Made by a program: the position numbers and the translations under genes. A stretch of DNA of 64,000 nt, taken from the NCBI RefSeq assembly GCF_963921235.1, contig NC_086097.1, forward strand, positions 204,106,001 through 204,170,000, written 5' to 3'. Under the pieces are notes generated by a model. It worked only from the letters and a program-made list of their open reading frames with translations. It was not told the DNA's origin and made no database searches. Of the stretch, positions 50,863-63,594 are shown one piece after another. How positions within the stretch are numbered: position 1 is the stretch's first letter; every line of letters starts with the position of its first letter. This DNA comes from Mobula hypostoma (Eukaryota).

Positions 50863-51158
50863 TCATTTATTATTATATTGTAATTTGTCCTCTACTGTCT
50901 TGTTTATTAATTATTCTACTGCCCTGCACTGTTCTGTGCACTTTATGTGGTCCTGGGCAGGTCTGTAGTATAGAGCAATTTTTATGGTTTTTTACGTAGT
51001 CTAGTGTAGCCTTGTGCTGTCTCATATAGTCTAGTGTAGTTTTGTGCTGTTTCATGCAGCACCAGGGTCCTGGAGGAACTTTGTTTCATTTTTACTGTGT
51101 ACTGTACCAGCAGCTTATGGTCGAAATGTCAATAAACTTGACTTGACTTGACTTGACA
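50863..51158 (+). mobile_element. LINE 3' tail with (GACTT)n
   Basis: Same family as the 110-bp insert at 17466-17577 (GTCCTGGAGGAAC..TACTGTGTACTGTACCAGCAG..AATAAACTTGACTTGA). Confidence 0.75.
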
Positions 51159-53284
51159 ATTAAATCCGGGCATGATCAAGTGACCAGAATTGGACAAGAG
51201 ATCTTGGACGACTGGACTCCAGGAGAAGGTAACAGAAATGGGGAGGCACACAAACAAGTGCAGGAAGAACTCAGCAGGCCAGGCAGTATCCATGGAAAAG
51301 AGAATACAGCTGACGTTCCGGGCCAAGGCAACTTCATCAGAACTGATGAAGGATCTCAGCCCAAAACGTTGACTGTTTACTATTTTCCATGGATGCTGCC
51401 TGGCCTGCTGAGTTCCTCCAGCATTTTCTGTGTGGTTGGTTGGATTTCCAGCATCAGCAGATTTTCTCTTGTTTGAGAAATAGGGAGCGTTGAGACTGTA
51501 GTGGCATTTCAAAACACAGGGAATAATTTAAAATCAAAACATTCACTAGGACACTGTGAAATGTTAATAAGGAAATGTACTTGAGGTGCAAGTTAGGTCA
51601 CAAACTGAAAATTATGAAAACAGTTTGAGAGAAGGTGGCCAAAAATTTGTTGTCAAGTATAGAGAAATTTTTGGTGTGGTATTCAGAAACAATAGAGGTA
51701 GGTGTAGATTCAGCAACATCACTGTGGTGAAGATAGAAAATGGGGTGCATATTGTGATCCAGTTGTGCTGAAAAATCACAAATTAGCATTCTGTTTCCTT
51801 GTCAGAGAGGTGCCAGGGAAATAGATGAAATCCGTCTGGTGAAAGGAGAGTGAGCTGGATTTTTGGGCCCCAGCTTTACTTTTCACAATGCAGATACAAT
51901 TAGAAGAGGAAGCAGCATATTGTGCATCCATCTCCATAGAAGAAGCACTTTAGCGTTCAGTAAGACTGGGACTGAAACTTACGTTAAACTCAGTTTCCCA
52001 TGTTTTTTGATTCTGTGAATGTTCAAAATTTTATTGATTTAGTTTTTGAATATACTGATTGAGTGTTCATCCACTGTTAAAATTCCAATAATTGCAAACC
52101 ATCTGGATACCATTTAAGCTCAATCCTAAGTGATCATTACACTGAGACTAAAACTTGCTCTAAGTTCTTGAGCCAGGGTACACAGTCTCTTAGTCATGTT
52201 CTTGAAGAGTTTTATACAATTCAATGAGCTGAAAAAATAAATTGAGTCTTAGCTAAACATGAATGCTAAGAAATGAGGTACAAAAGATGATACAAATGTA
52301 CCACACAGTAGTTGGATGATGAAGGTACCTCTGTACTTCATGTCATAAACACGAGAAAATCTGCAGTTGCTGGAAATCCAAAGCAACACACACAAAATGC
52401 TTGAGAAACTCAGCAGGCCAGGCAGCACCTATGGAAAAGAGTACAGTTGATGTTTTGGGCCGAGACCCTTCATCCTGATGCTGCCTGGCCTGCTGAGTTT
52501 CACCGGCACTTTTATGTGTCTGTATGTGGGGTGTCTGGAGAGTATAACATATTTATATACTGTTTTGATAGTGATAACATTGTGTTATTGCAGAGAATTA
52601 GTTCAGTTTGTTCCAGAGAAAATCCTATCCACATTCACTTGAAAGAAACTGCACATATACAAAACTGTGAGATACTATTGGTCACAGTATTGTTTCTTTT
52701 CTTTCTCTGAATTCTGTTCCACATTATAAGTAAAGACTGGGCACCAAAAATTGCTGACTATTTCAGATAGCACCACATTCTGTATTGTAAGTATGTTATT
52801 GTTTCATTTTGATTAAAGTTCAAGATGGAAACTAGCACAGTTGAAATTTTGGCCATTTGATGTTTTCAAATAATAATCATACATTATCACAAAACACCAA
52901 AATGCTACCTTCACAACAAGTATTGCTGTTGAAGTACAAGTAATATAAGTATCTTTTCAAGTATGCTCGTACCTTTGACATACATTCAAGATGTGCCAAT
53001 AAATTAATTGGCTTGTTTAATTGACCTGTTAATGTACAAGGTGGCAAAATAATCTAAGGGGGATTAATGGGAATGTGAGGGAGAATAAATTGCAGCTGTG
53101 CAGGGAAACAGAGTAAGAATGTTATGACGGGATTGATTTGCCGGGAACCAGAATGCATCCAAAAGGCTGAATGGCCATCTTCCATGTCAGAGTAAGTCAT
53201 TTCAAAGAGATGTGTGAACATAACCTATGACTCAATGTCACTCCATTACCAAACGTCATACAGAAAATTAATGGTTACAGTTAC

Positions 53285-54510
53285 GGACCCTGCAACCTGC
53301 CTGGGTAAAAGCACCATCCCCTTCTCTCAATATCTCAGTCTCCATCACATCTGCTGTCAGGATGAGACTTTTCATTCCAAAACGAAGGATGTGTCCTCCT
53401 TCTTCAAAGAACAGGCCTTCTCTTCCTCCAACATCAATGCTGCCGACAACCGCACTTCTTCCATTTTGCACACATCTGCCCTCACCCCATCCTCCCACCA
53501 GCCCACCAGCCTTCATGTCCGGTGCATAATTCTCCTCAACTTCTGCCATCTCCGATGGGATCCTACCGACAAGCACATCTCTCCCTTCACCCCCCCCCCC
53601 ACTCTTCCTGCTTTCCACAGGGATCACTCCCTATGTAACTCCCTGGTCCATTCATCCCTCCCCACTGATCTTCCTCCTGTCACGTATCCTTGCAAGTGGA
53701 ACAAGTGCTACACCTGCCCCTCTTCCCTCACTACCTTTCAGGGCCTGAAACAGTCCTTCCAGGTGAGGCGACACTTTACCTGTGAGTCTGTTGCGGTCAT
53801 ATACTGTACCTGGTGCTCCTGGTGTGGCCTCCTGTATATCGGTGAGACTCCATGTAGATTGGGAGACCACTTCATTGAGCACCTATGCTCCATCCGCCAG
53901 AACAAGTGGGATCTCCCTGTGGCCACCCATTTTAATTCCACTTCCCATTTCCATTCTGGCATGTCAGTCCATGGCTTCCTCTACTGTCGCAATGAGTCCA
54001 CACTCACGTTGTGGGAGCAACATCTTATATTCCGTCTGGGTAGCCTCTAACCTGATGGCATGAACATCGATTTCTCAAACTTCTGGTAATGCCCTCCCTG
54101 CCCCTCATCACTCCTCATTCCCATTTCCCTCCCTTACCCTATCTCCTTACCTGTCCATCATCTCCCTCTGGTGCTCCTCCCCCTTTTCTTTCTTCCATAG
54201 CGTTCTGTCCTTCCTCTCCTTTCAGATTCCTCCTTCTCCAGCCTTGTATCCCTTTCACTAATCAACTTCCCAGCTCTTTACTTCACTCCTCTCCCCCACT
54301 CCTGGTTTCACCTATCACTCTGTGTTTCTTCCTCCCTTCCCCCCACCTTCTAATTCTGACTCCTCATCTTTTTTTCTCCCGTCTTGATGAAGGGTCTCAG
54401 CCCGAAACATTGATTATACTCTTTTCCATAGATGCTGCCTGGCCTGCTGAGTTCTTCCAGCATTTTGTGTGTGTTGCTCGGATTTCCAGCATGTGAAGAT
54501 TCTCTCTTGC
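53285..54510 (+). mobile_element. Penelope-like element 3' half (GIY-YIG endonuclease plus terminal repeat)
   Basis: ORF 53214-54050: IPFSQYL, CKWNKCYTCP, FTCESVAVIYCTWCSWCGLLYIGET..RLGDHFIEH. Followed by a pyrimidine-rich tract and the TGATGAAGGGTCTCAGCCCGAAAC unit at ~54385-54410. Confidence 0.9.
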
Positions 54511-54830
54511 TTGTGACTTTAGATCTCCGTAGTGCTTCATGTGCTGGGTGATGGTTCTTCATATTTTGTCGTTGAGACATGGTCTGTATTGGAGATGCCG
54601 AGGTGCCTTCTGAAGCATCTGATTTCTATGGCCTGGATCTTCTTTTGCTGTTCTGCTGTCAAAGTTCATGATTCACATGCACGCAAGAAAGTGGAGAGCA
54701 CAAGTCTATGCAAGAGTTTAAACTTGATTTTCAGGAGTTTCAAAACACAGAAAATTTAGGGATTCCAATCAAAGTGACACCTGACGAAGGTTTGTAGGTT
54801 GGTTGCTAGAGTCTGAGATTAAGCAATATG

Positions 54831-55142
54831 TTGTTGGCATCCATCTGTTTTAGAGGATAATGGGTGATGATTATCATCATCACAAGCCTGGGCAGAAGGT
54901 ATGGAGATCCTGAGATGTCCGTTCGTCAAGATTCCTCCTCTTGGCCTTGCCAGCGTATTCCAAAGGAAAGCTTATGAAGCAACACGTTTGGCACCAGATT
55001 GGATGCAGGAGCTGCTGGAAGGATGTTCAAAGACGTCCAGCTGCCTACGGGGCTCCACTCCAGATTTGCTGTCTGGGTTTACTCCCGTAGCCTTCGTCTC
55101 TCTCTCGAGGCTGCCCACAAGGCAGTGGGGCTATTTACCCAC
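54831..55142. mobile_element. Unclassified ~310-bp retroposon
   Basis: Perfect 9-bp TSD AGCAATATG (54822-54830 / 55143-55151). Shares short motifs (TTTGGCA.CAG, GCAGGAGCTGC, GGCAGTG) with 43654-44208. Confidence 0.6.
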
Positions 55143-55682
55143 AGCAATATGAGCTCCTACAATAAGTACCAGAAGTAATGCTGTTGCCCATTTCACAAAC
55201 CATGAAGCATGCTTGATGCTTAGAGGAAGTCTGTGATCTTTCTATAAATTTTGCTGCACTTATGTTTCTTTGAAGAAGTCCTGTTCATAATTTAGATTTT
55301 TATATTATCTTTAAAGCTCTATGCATCATGAGGGCATTTTTAGCTGCGAACTTTGACCAAAAGCTGACCAGGTAACAAGAGTTTCTTGGCTTCTAAAGGG
55401 AATTCATTATCTGAGCGCAGTTTAAACATAGCAAGATACACATAACAAATGTACTTTATGGTGAGTAAATAGACCAGAAATAGTGGCTTTGTTGATTCAG
55501 TGCAGCCTGAGATAAGTTCACAAAACACAAACCTGACCTCTCCTGAATGTTGTTGTTTTGTACTCAATGCCAGGTGATTATATTTTGGTGCAGTGGCTTC
55601 ATTTTACATCATACTACGGCATTTACTAAGGGGAATCGGGTAGTAGCTGGAATTAAGCAAAGGTATCCAGAAGACTACAGAT

Positions 55683-56525
55683 ATAAGACATAGGAGCAGA
55701 ATTAGGCCATTCAGCCCATCGCTTCTGCTCCGGCATTCCATCATGGCTGATTTATTATCCCTCTGAAACTATTTCTCCTGCCTTCTCCCCATAACTTTTG
55801 ACCCCTAACTAATCAAGAACCTCTCACCCTCCTTTTTAAATATGCTTAATGACTTGGCCTCCACATCCACCTGTGCAAATGAATTCCACAGAGTCACCAC
55901 CCTCAGGCTCAAGAAATTCCTCCTCACCTCTGTTCTAAATGGATGTTGCTCTCATCAGCGGCTGTGCTCTCTGGTTTTGACTCCCTCATTATAGGAACTA
56001 CATCCACTCTGACTAGAGTTTTCAATATTCAATAAGTTTCAATGAGATTCCGCCCTCATTCTTCTAAACTCCAGTGAGTACAGATCCAGAGCCATCAAAC
56101 ACTCCTCACATGTTAACCATTACATTGCTGGAATCACTCTCATGAACCTCCTCTGGACCCTCTCCAATGCCAGCATATCTTTTCTTAGATAAGGGGCCCG
56201 GAACTGGTCACAATACTTCATGTGCAGTCTGATCAATGCCTTTTAAAGCCTCACTTAAGTTCCAGTCCACTCGAAATGAATGCTAACATTGCATTTGCCT
56301 TCTTTGCCAATGACATAACCTGCAAGTTCACCTTTTGAGAATCATGTACAAGGACTCCCAAGTCCCTTTGTACCTCTGAATTTTAAATTTTCTGCCTGTT
56401 TAGAAAATAAAACTATACCTTTATTCCTTCTACTGAAGTGCATGAACCGTACACTTCCCTACAGCATATTCCATCTGCCACTTCTTTGTCCATTCTCCCA
56501 ATCTGTCTCCCTGCTTCCTCAACAC
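55683..56525 (-). mobile_element. CR1 3' end
   Basis: Reverse complement of the CR1 tail seen at 57718-58600 and 63595-64000. Confidence 0.85.
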
Positions 56526-56529
56526 TGCC

Positions 56530-57717
56530 TTGGTGACGACTGCCCAGTGCTCTAACATCGATCTTCATGAGGTGCTTTGAGAGGTTGGTCATGGCATGCA
56601 ACAACTCCTGCTTTCCAGACAAGCTCATCCCATTGCAATTTGCTTACTGCTCAGACAGGCCTGTGGGGGAGCCATCTTCCTGGCCCTGCAGTCATTAATG
56701 GATCACCTGGACAGCATCAGACTACTGTTTATTCAGTATAGTTTTGCTTTTAATACTATTATTCTAAGCAAACTTATCAGCAAACTCTGGATCCTGGCAG
56801 TCAATGCCTCTCTCTGCAACCAGATCTTTGACTTTCTGAATAACAGACCACAATCAGTGAGGATAAGCAGCAACACCTCCTCCACAATTATTCTAGATGC
56901 TGGTGCTTCACAAGTCTGGGTCCTCAGCCTCCTACTCTACTCCCTGTGCACTTATGACCATGTGGCCAGATTCTGCTCTTACTCCATCTACAAGTTAGCA
57001 TGTGATACCTTTGTAGTGGGCCGCATCTCGAATAATGATGAGTCAGAGTACAGGAAGGAGATAGAGAGCTTAGTGACATGGTGTCATGACAACAAACTTT
57101 CCCTCAATGTCAACAAACCAAAAGAGCTGATCATTGACTTCAGAAAGGAGGACGGTGCACTTGCTCCTGTCTACATCGACAATGTTGAGGTTGAGAATGT
57201 TGAGAGCTTCAGTTTCCTAGATGTGAGTATCACCAATTGACTGTCCTGGTCCAACAAAACTGATATCCTGGCAAAGAAAGCTCACCTTTGACTCCACTTC
57301 CTCAGGAGGGTAAAGAAATTCAGCAAGTCCCTGTTGATTCTTAACCATTTTTTATCGCTGCACCATAGGAAGCATTTTGACTGGATACAGAATGGTTTGG
57401 TATAGAACCGCTCTGCCCATGACCACAAGAAACTGAAGAGAGTTGTGGTCACAACTCAGCGCATCACTGGACCAGGCTCCCCTCTATGGACTCTGTCTCT
57501 ACTTCTTGCTGTCTTGGTAAATCAGCCAGCATAATCAGGGGCATCACCCACGCTGGACATTCTCTCCTCTTCTCCCTCCCATCAGATTCAGAAAATACAT
57601 ACCACAAGGCACAAGGACAGCTTCTATCCCATTGTTATCAGACAGATGAATGGACCTCTGTATGATAAGATGGACACTTGGCCTCAAAATTTTCAACATC
57701 ATGATCTAGCACTTTAT
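56530..57717 (+). mobile_element. Rex1/Babar-type LINE fragment; its tail resumes at ~60357-60385 and ~60931-61080
   Basis: ORF 56596-57240 (RLLFIQYSFAFNTI, GASQVWVLS, NNDESEYRKE). Confidence 0.8.
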
Positions 57718-60356
57718 CCATAAGACCATAAGACCATAAGACAAAGGAGCAGAAGTAGGCCATTCGGCCCATCGAGTCTGCTCCGCCATTTTATCATGAG
57801 CTGATCCATTTTATCCTATGCAGTCCCACTGCCCTGCCTTCTCACCATAACCTTTGATGCCCTGGCTACTCAGATACCTATCAATCTCTGCCTTAAATAC
57901 ACCCAGTGACTTGGCCTCCACTGCTGCCTGTGGCAACAAATTCCATAGATTCACCACCCTTTGACTAAAAAAATTTTTTCGCATTTCTGTTCTGAAAGGG
58001 CGCCCTTCAATCCTGAAGTCATGTCCTCTCGTACTAGACTCCCCCATCATGGGAAACAACTTTGCCTCATCCACTCTGTCCATGCCTTTTAACATTTGAA
58101 ATGTTTCTATGAGGTCTCCCCTCATTCTTCTAAACTCCAAGGAATACAGTCCAAGAGTGGACAAACGTTCCTCATATGTTAACCCTCTCATTCCCGGAAT
58201 CATTCCAGTGAATCTTCTCTGTACCCTCTCAGCATCAGCACATCCTTTCTTAAATAAGGAGACTAAAACTGCCCACAGTACTCCAAGTGAGGTCTCACCA
58301 GTGCCTTATAGAGCCTCAACATCACATCCCTGCTCCTATACTCTATTCCTCTAGAAATGAATGCCAACATTGCATTCGCCTTCTTCACTACCGACTCAAC
58401 CTGGAGGTTAACTTTAAGGGAATCCTGTACGAGGACTCTCAAGTCCTGTTGCATCTCAGAACTTTGAATTCTTTCCCCATTTAAATAATAGTCTGCCCGT
58501 TTATTTTTTCTGCCAAGGTGCATAACCATACACTTTCCAACATTGTACTTCATTTGCCACTTCTCTGCCCATTCTTCCAATCTATCCAAGTCTCTCTGCA
58601 GATTCTCCGTTTCCTCAGCACTACCGGCCCCTCCACCTATCTTCGTATCGTCAGCAAACTTAGCCACAAAGCCATCTATTCCATAATCCAAATCGTTGAT
58701 GTACAATGTAAAAAGAAGCGGCCCCAACACTGAACCCTGTGGAAAACCACTGGTAACCGGCAGCCAACCAGAATAGGATCCCTTTATTCCCACTCTCTGT
58801 TTCCTGCCAATCAGCCAACGCTCTATCCACGTATGTAACTTTCCTGTAATTCCATGGGCTCTTATCTTGTTAAGCAGCCTCATGTGTGGCACCTTGTCAA
58901 AGGCCTTCTGAAAATCCAAATATACAACATCCACTGCATCTCCCTTGTCTAGCCTACTGGTAATTTCCTCAAAAAATTGTAATAGGTTTGTCAGGCAGGA
59001 TTTTTCTTTAAGGAATCCATGCTGAGTTCTGACTATCTTGTGATATGCCTCCAGGTACTCTGTAACCTCATCCTTGACAATCGACTCCAACAACTTCCCA
59101 ACCACCGACGTCAAGCTAACAGGTCTATAATTTCCTTTTTGCTTCCTTGCCCCCTTCTTAAATAGCGGAGTGACATTTGCAATCTTCCAGTCCTCCGGAA
59201 CCATGTCAGAATCTATCGACTTTTGAAAGATCATCGCTAATGCCTCTGCAATCTCCACAGCTACTTCCTTTAGAACACGAGGGTGCATTCCATCTGGTCC
59301 AGGAGATTTATCGACCTTTAGCCTATTCAGCTTCCTGAGTACTTCCTCTGTCGTAATTGTGACTGCGCACACTTCTCTTCCCTGCCATCTTTGAGTGTCC
59401 AGTATCCTGCTGTCTTCCTCAGTGAAGACTGATGCAAAATACTTGTTCAGTTCCTCTGCCATCTCCTCATCTCCCATTACAATTTCTCCAGCATCATTTT
59501 CTATCAGTCCTCTATCTACTCTCACCTGTCTTTTACTCTTTATATACTTGAAAAAGCTTTTAGTATCCTCTTTGATATTATTTGCTAGTTTCCTTTCATA
59601 GTTAATCTTTTCTCTCTTAATGACCTTCTTGTTTTCCTTTTGTAAGGTTTTAAAGACTTCCCAATCCTCTGTCTTCCCACTAATTTTTGCTTCCTTGTAT
59701 GCCCTCTCCTTAGCTTTAACTTTGGCTTTGACTTCTCTTGTCAACCACGGTTGCATTCTTCTTCCACTCGAAAATTTCTTCTTTTTTGGAATACACCTGT
59801 CTTGCACATTCCTCATTTCTCGCATAGACTCCAGCCACTGCTGCTCTGCCGTCTTTCCCGCCAGTGTCTCTTTCCAGTCAACTTTGGCCAGTTCCTCTCT
59901 CATGCCACTGTAGTTTTCTTTACTCCACTGAAACACCGACACATCAGATTTGGGCTTCTCTTTTTCTAATTTCACAGTGAACTCAATCATGTTATGATCA
60001 CTGCCTCCTAAGGGTTCTTTCACCTCAATCTCTCCAATCACCTCCGGTTCATTACACAATACCTAATTCAGTACAGCCGATCCCCTGGTGGGCTCAACAA
60101 CAAGCAGTTCTAAAAAGCCATCTCGCAGACATTCTACAAATTCTCTCTCTTGAGATCCAGTGCCGACTTAATTTTTCCAATCTACTCACATGTTAAAATC
60201 TCCCACAATTATCATAACACTGCCCTTCTGACAAGCCTTTTCTATTTCCAGTTGTAATTTGTAGTCCACATCCCTGCAGCTATTTGGAGGCCTATAAATA
60301 ACTGCCATCAGGGTCCTTTTACCCCTGCTATTCCTTAGCTCAACCCAAAAAGATTC
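57718..60356 (-). mobile_element. Young CR1 LINE, 5'-truncated within the endonuclease domain
   Basis: 598-aa ORF 58263-60059 (GSDHN, GNYRPVSLTS, DFQKAFDKVPH, PQGSVLGP, FADDTK). C-terminus continues frameshifted at 57811-58203. (TCTTATGG)n tail. Confidence 0.93.
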
Positions 60357-60384
60357 ATTTGCACGCCTCTCTTTCAGCAGCTTT

Positions 60385-60930
60385 TACCTGGGGTACTGTG
60401 TGCAGTTCTGGTCTTCTTACTTGAGGAAGGATATACTGGTTTTGGAGGTGGTGCAGAGGAGGTTCACCAGGTTGATTCCAGAGATGAAGGGGTTAGAACT
60501 GAGGAGAGATTGAGTCGTCTGGGACTGTACTCACTGGAATTCAGAAGAATGGAAGGAGTTCTTATTGAAATATATAAAATTATGAAAGAGATAGATAAGT
60601 TAGAGGCAGAAAAGTTGTTTCACTGGTAGGTGAGACTAGAACTAGGGGACATAGCCTCAAGATTCAGGAGAGTAGATTTATCACGGAGACGGGGAGAAAC
60701 TGCTTTTCCCAGAAAGTGGTGAATCTGTAGAATTCTCTGCTCAATGAAGCAGTGAAGGCTACCTCAGAAAATACATTTAAGACAAGGTTGGATAGAATTT
60801 TGCATAGTAGGGTAATTAAGGGTTATGGGGAAAAGGCAGTTCGGTGGCCAGATCAGCCATGATCTTATTGAATGGCGGAGCAGGCTTGATGGGTAATATG
60901 GCCGACTCCCGCTCCTGTTTCTTATGTTCT
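60385..60930 (+). mobile_element. CR1 3' end
   Basis: YCVQFWS..., FSQKVVNL-like motifs, TTCTTATG tail. Confidence 0.85.
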
Positions 60931-61239
60931 TACTTTATTCTGCATTGTTATCGTTTTACATTATTCTAGCTCAATATACTGGGTTATAATTTGATCTGTA
61001 TAAACAGTACACAAGGCAGGCTTTTCACTGTATCTCAGTACTTTTGACAACAATAAGCCAATTCCAATACCAAACCAATACTGCCACAAATAAAAATATA
61101 TATCTAATGGTGGGTACTTAAGACTTATAAGGAATATCAGGAGAAAAAAAATCTCTGCTCCCTATGAGATATTTGCAGATCATTTCAATACTTAACTTTA
61201 TATTGAGGCCTATTAACCTGAGTATAATATGACTTTAAT

Positions 61240-62270
61240 AGGTTCAAAGTTCAAAGTAAATTTATTATTAAAGTACATACATTTGTCACCACACACAACC
61301 TGGAGATTCATTGTTTTGTGGGCATGCTCGATAAATCCAAGAAACACAATAGAATCAAAGAAAGACTGCACCCACCAGGATGGACAAACAAGCAATGGGC
61401 AAAAAAACAACAAACTGAGCAAATACAAAAGAGAAAAAAAAGAAATAAAATAACAAATAAATAAGCAATAAATATCAAGAACATGAGATGAAGAGTGTTT
61501 GAAATTTAGTCCATAGGTTGTGGGAACAGCTCAGTTAAGGGGGCGAATGAAATTGAGTGAAGTTATCCCTACTGGTTTGAGGGCCTGATATTTGAGGGGT
61601 AATAACTGTTCCTGAGCCTGGGGGTGAGGGTCCTGAGGGTCCTGTACCTTTTTTTTCCTGATGGCAGCAGTGAGAAAAGAGCATGGCCTGGGTGGTGGGG
61701 TCCCTGATGATGGATTTTATCAGACAGGGCTCCTCGATGATGGATGTTGCTTTCCTGCATGTAGATGTGCTCAATGGTGGGGAGAGCTTTATCTGTGAAG
61801 GACTGGGCCACATCCACTATTTTGTAGGATTTCCCATTCAAAGGCATTGGTGTTTCTATACCGGGGTCTGATGCAGCCAGTCAATATACTCTCCAGCACA
61901 CATTTATAGAAGTTGGTCAAAGTTTAAGATGCCATGCCAAACCTTTGCAAACTTCTAAGGAAGTAGAGGTGCTGCCGTGGTTTCTTTGTAATTGCGGTCT
62001 GGACCTAGGACAGATTCTCTGAAACAATAACACTGAGGGATTTAAAGCTGCTGACCTGTTCCAACTCTGATCCCCCAATGAGGACTGGCTCATGGACCTG
62101 CAGGTTCATCCTCCTGAAGTCAATAATCATCTCCTTGGTCTTGCTGACATTGAGTGAGAGGTTGTTGTTATGTCACCCCTCAGCTAAATTTTCAAGCTTT
62201 CTCCTATACACTGATTTATCACCTTTGACTTAGTCAATAACAGTGGTGTCATCAGCAGGCTTAAACATCT
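61240..62270 (-). mobile_element. Rex1-type LINE fragment
   Basis: Minus strand HHPGHALFSLLPSGK.RYR and FADDT-like ADDTTV; (TTTGAAC)n tail. Confidence 0.8.
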
Positions 62271-63321
62271 CCTTGTTACTCATATGTCACTATTATGAAC
62301 CAGGGGAGCGTCAAGGGGGCACTCTCACAAAAGGATTCGCAAAGTAGAGCTCAAGGTGACAAAGCAAGGGTCAAGCAAGAAGTTCTCAGGTCTGTGTCTG
62401 AGATCGTCCTGAAAAAGTAGGACTGAACTTTGTAATCTGTTCCATTAAGTGTTTGTGGCATTTTTATAGGTGCCAGGCAGGAAGTGTTCAGGCTTTTATT
62501 GTCAAATATAGCCCTGCCGGCTTGTATTCTGATTCCACTGCCGACTTTAATTCTGATGGCACTGCTGCTTTTGAATTTAAAAGTCAATTGGACCACATGA
62601 GAAGACCTATCAATTTGGTTCGGCAGGGTTTTTCAGTCAGACTGAAACACATTTACACAATCCTTTGTTGATATAAAAGAGAAAAGATATTACATGTGCT
62701 TTGCAGGTACACAGTATTTTGAGGAAGAAAAACTACTGTATATATAAATGGACAGATATCAAGAAAAGGTGGGCAGCTATGGACACTATGTCATGCACAG
62801 TGCAGCAGACATTGTACTTCACCAAGTCACACAACTTGAGCAAACCAAATTCCTAAAAGTTTGCTCTTTCAACTTACTGCTTCGACAGGGGCTCAGAACA
62901 GCAGGTTGGCAGTTAATATTCACAATATTTTAAAATATATCATTCAAAATATTTTGTGGCAAGAGCTTGCGCTAAAGCATTAAAAAGTTATTTGTAGAAA
63001 CATTTGATTTATTTGTTTCTGGGAGCACAGACAATATCATCAATGATGCCTATCACCCTGGCCATTCCTTTTTCTCTGTACTACAGGAAGGGATACAGAA
63101 GCTTGACAGCCCAATGACCAAACTTACAAACTACTTCTTTCCCACTGCTATCAGACCTTCCCGGTGGTACTGCCACATCTTCAGATTTTCAATCCAACTG
63201 TCATTCCATTATTGTCACTCATTTTTTGTACTTTTTCGGTTTACATTATATATTTTGCACCATTCAGCTGTGTCACACTCAAAGCTGTATTTAATATTGT
63301 CATCATCATTACCGTGTATAG

Positions 63322-63556
63322 CAGGGGTCTCCAACCTTTTTTGCACTGCGGACCAGTTTAATATTGACAATATTCTTGTGGACCAGCTGATGGGGGTGGG
63401 GGTTGTTCAAGTTCAACAGTGCGTGACAGGGAATGAGGAAAGGTGCAGCTGACTCATATCGTTTCATATCGCCAAATCATATTGTTTCCTCGCAGCCCGG
63501 TAGCACATGCTTTGCGGCCCGGTACCAGTCCGTTGCCCAGTGGTTGGAGACCACTG
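63322..63556. mobile_element. hAT/Charlie-type MITE
   Basis: 15-bp TIR CAGGGGTCTCCAACC / GGTTGGAGACCACTG (one mismatch). Perfect 8-bp TSD GTGTATAG (63314-63321 / 63557-63564). Confidence 0.92.
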
Positions 63557-63594
63557 GTGTATAGTATATTGTTCACTTTGTGAGCAAGTATTTT

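Noticed and set aside
1778..54510. CRISPR-like or tandem array interpretation of the recurring ~100-bp unit
   Set aside because: The copies are dispersed, in both orientations, diverged and tied to Penelope 3' ends in eukaryotic DNA.
58263..60059. Active CR1 ORF2 or domesticated RT gene
   Set aside because: 5'-truncated within the endonuclease, with an upstream stop and a frameshift before the C-terminal segment.
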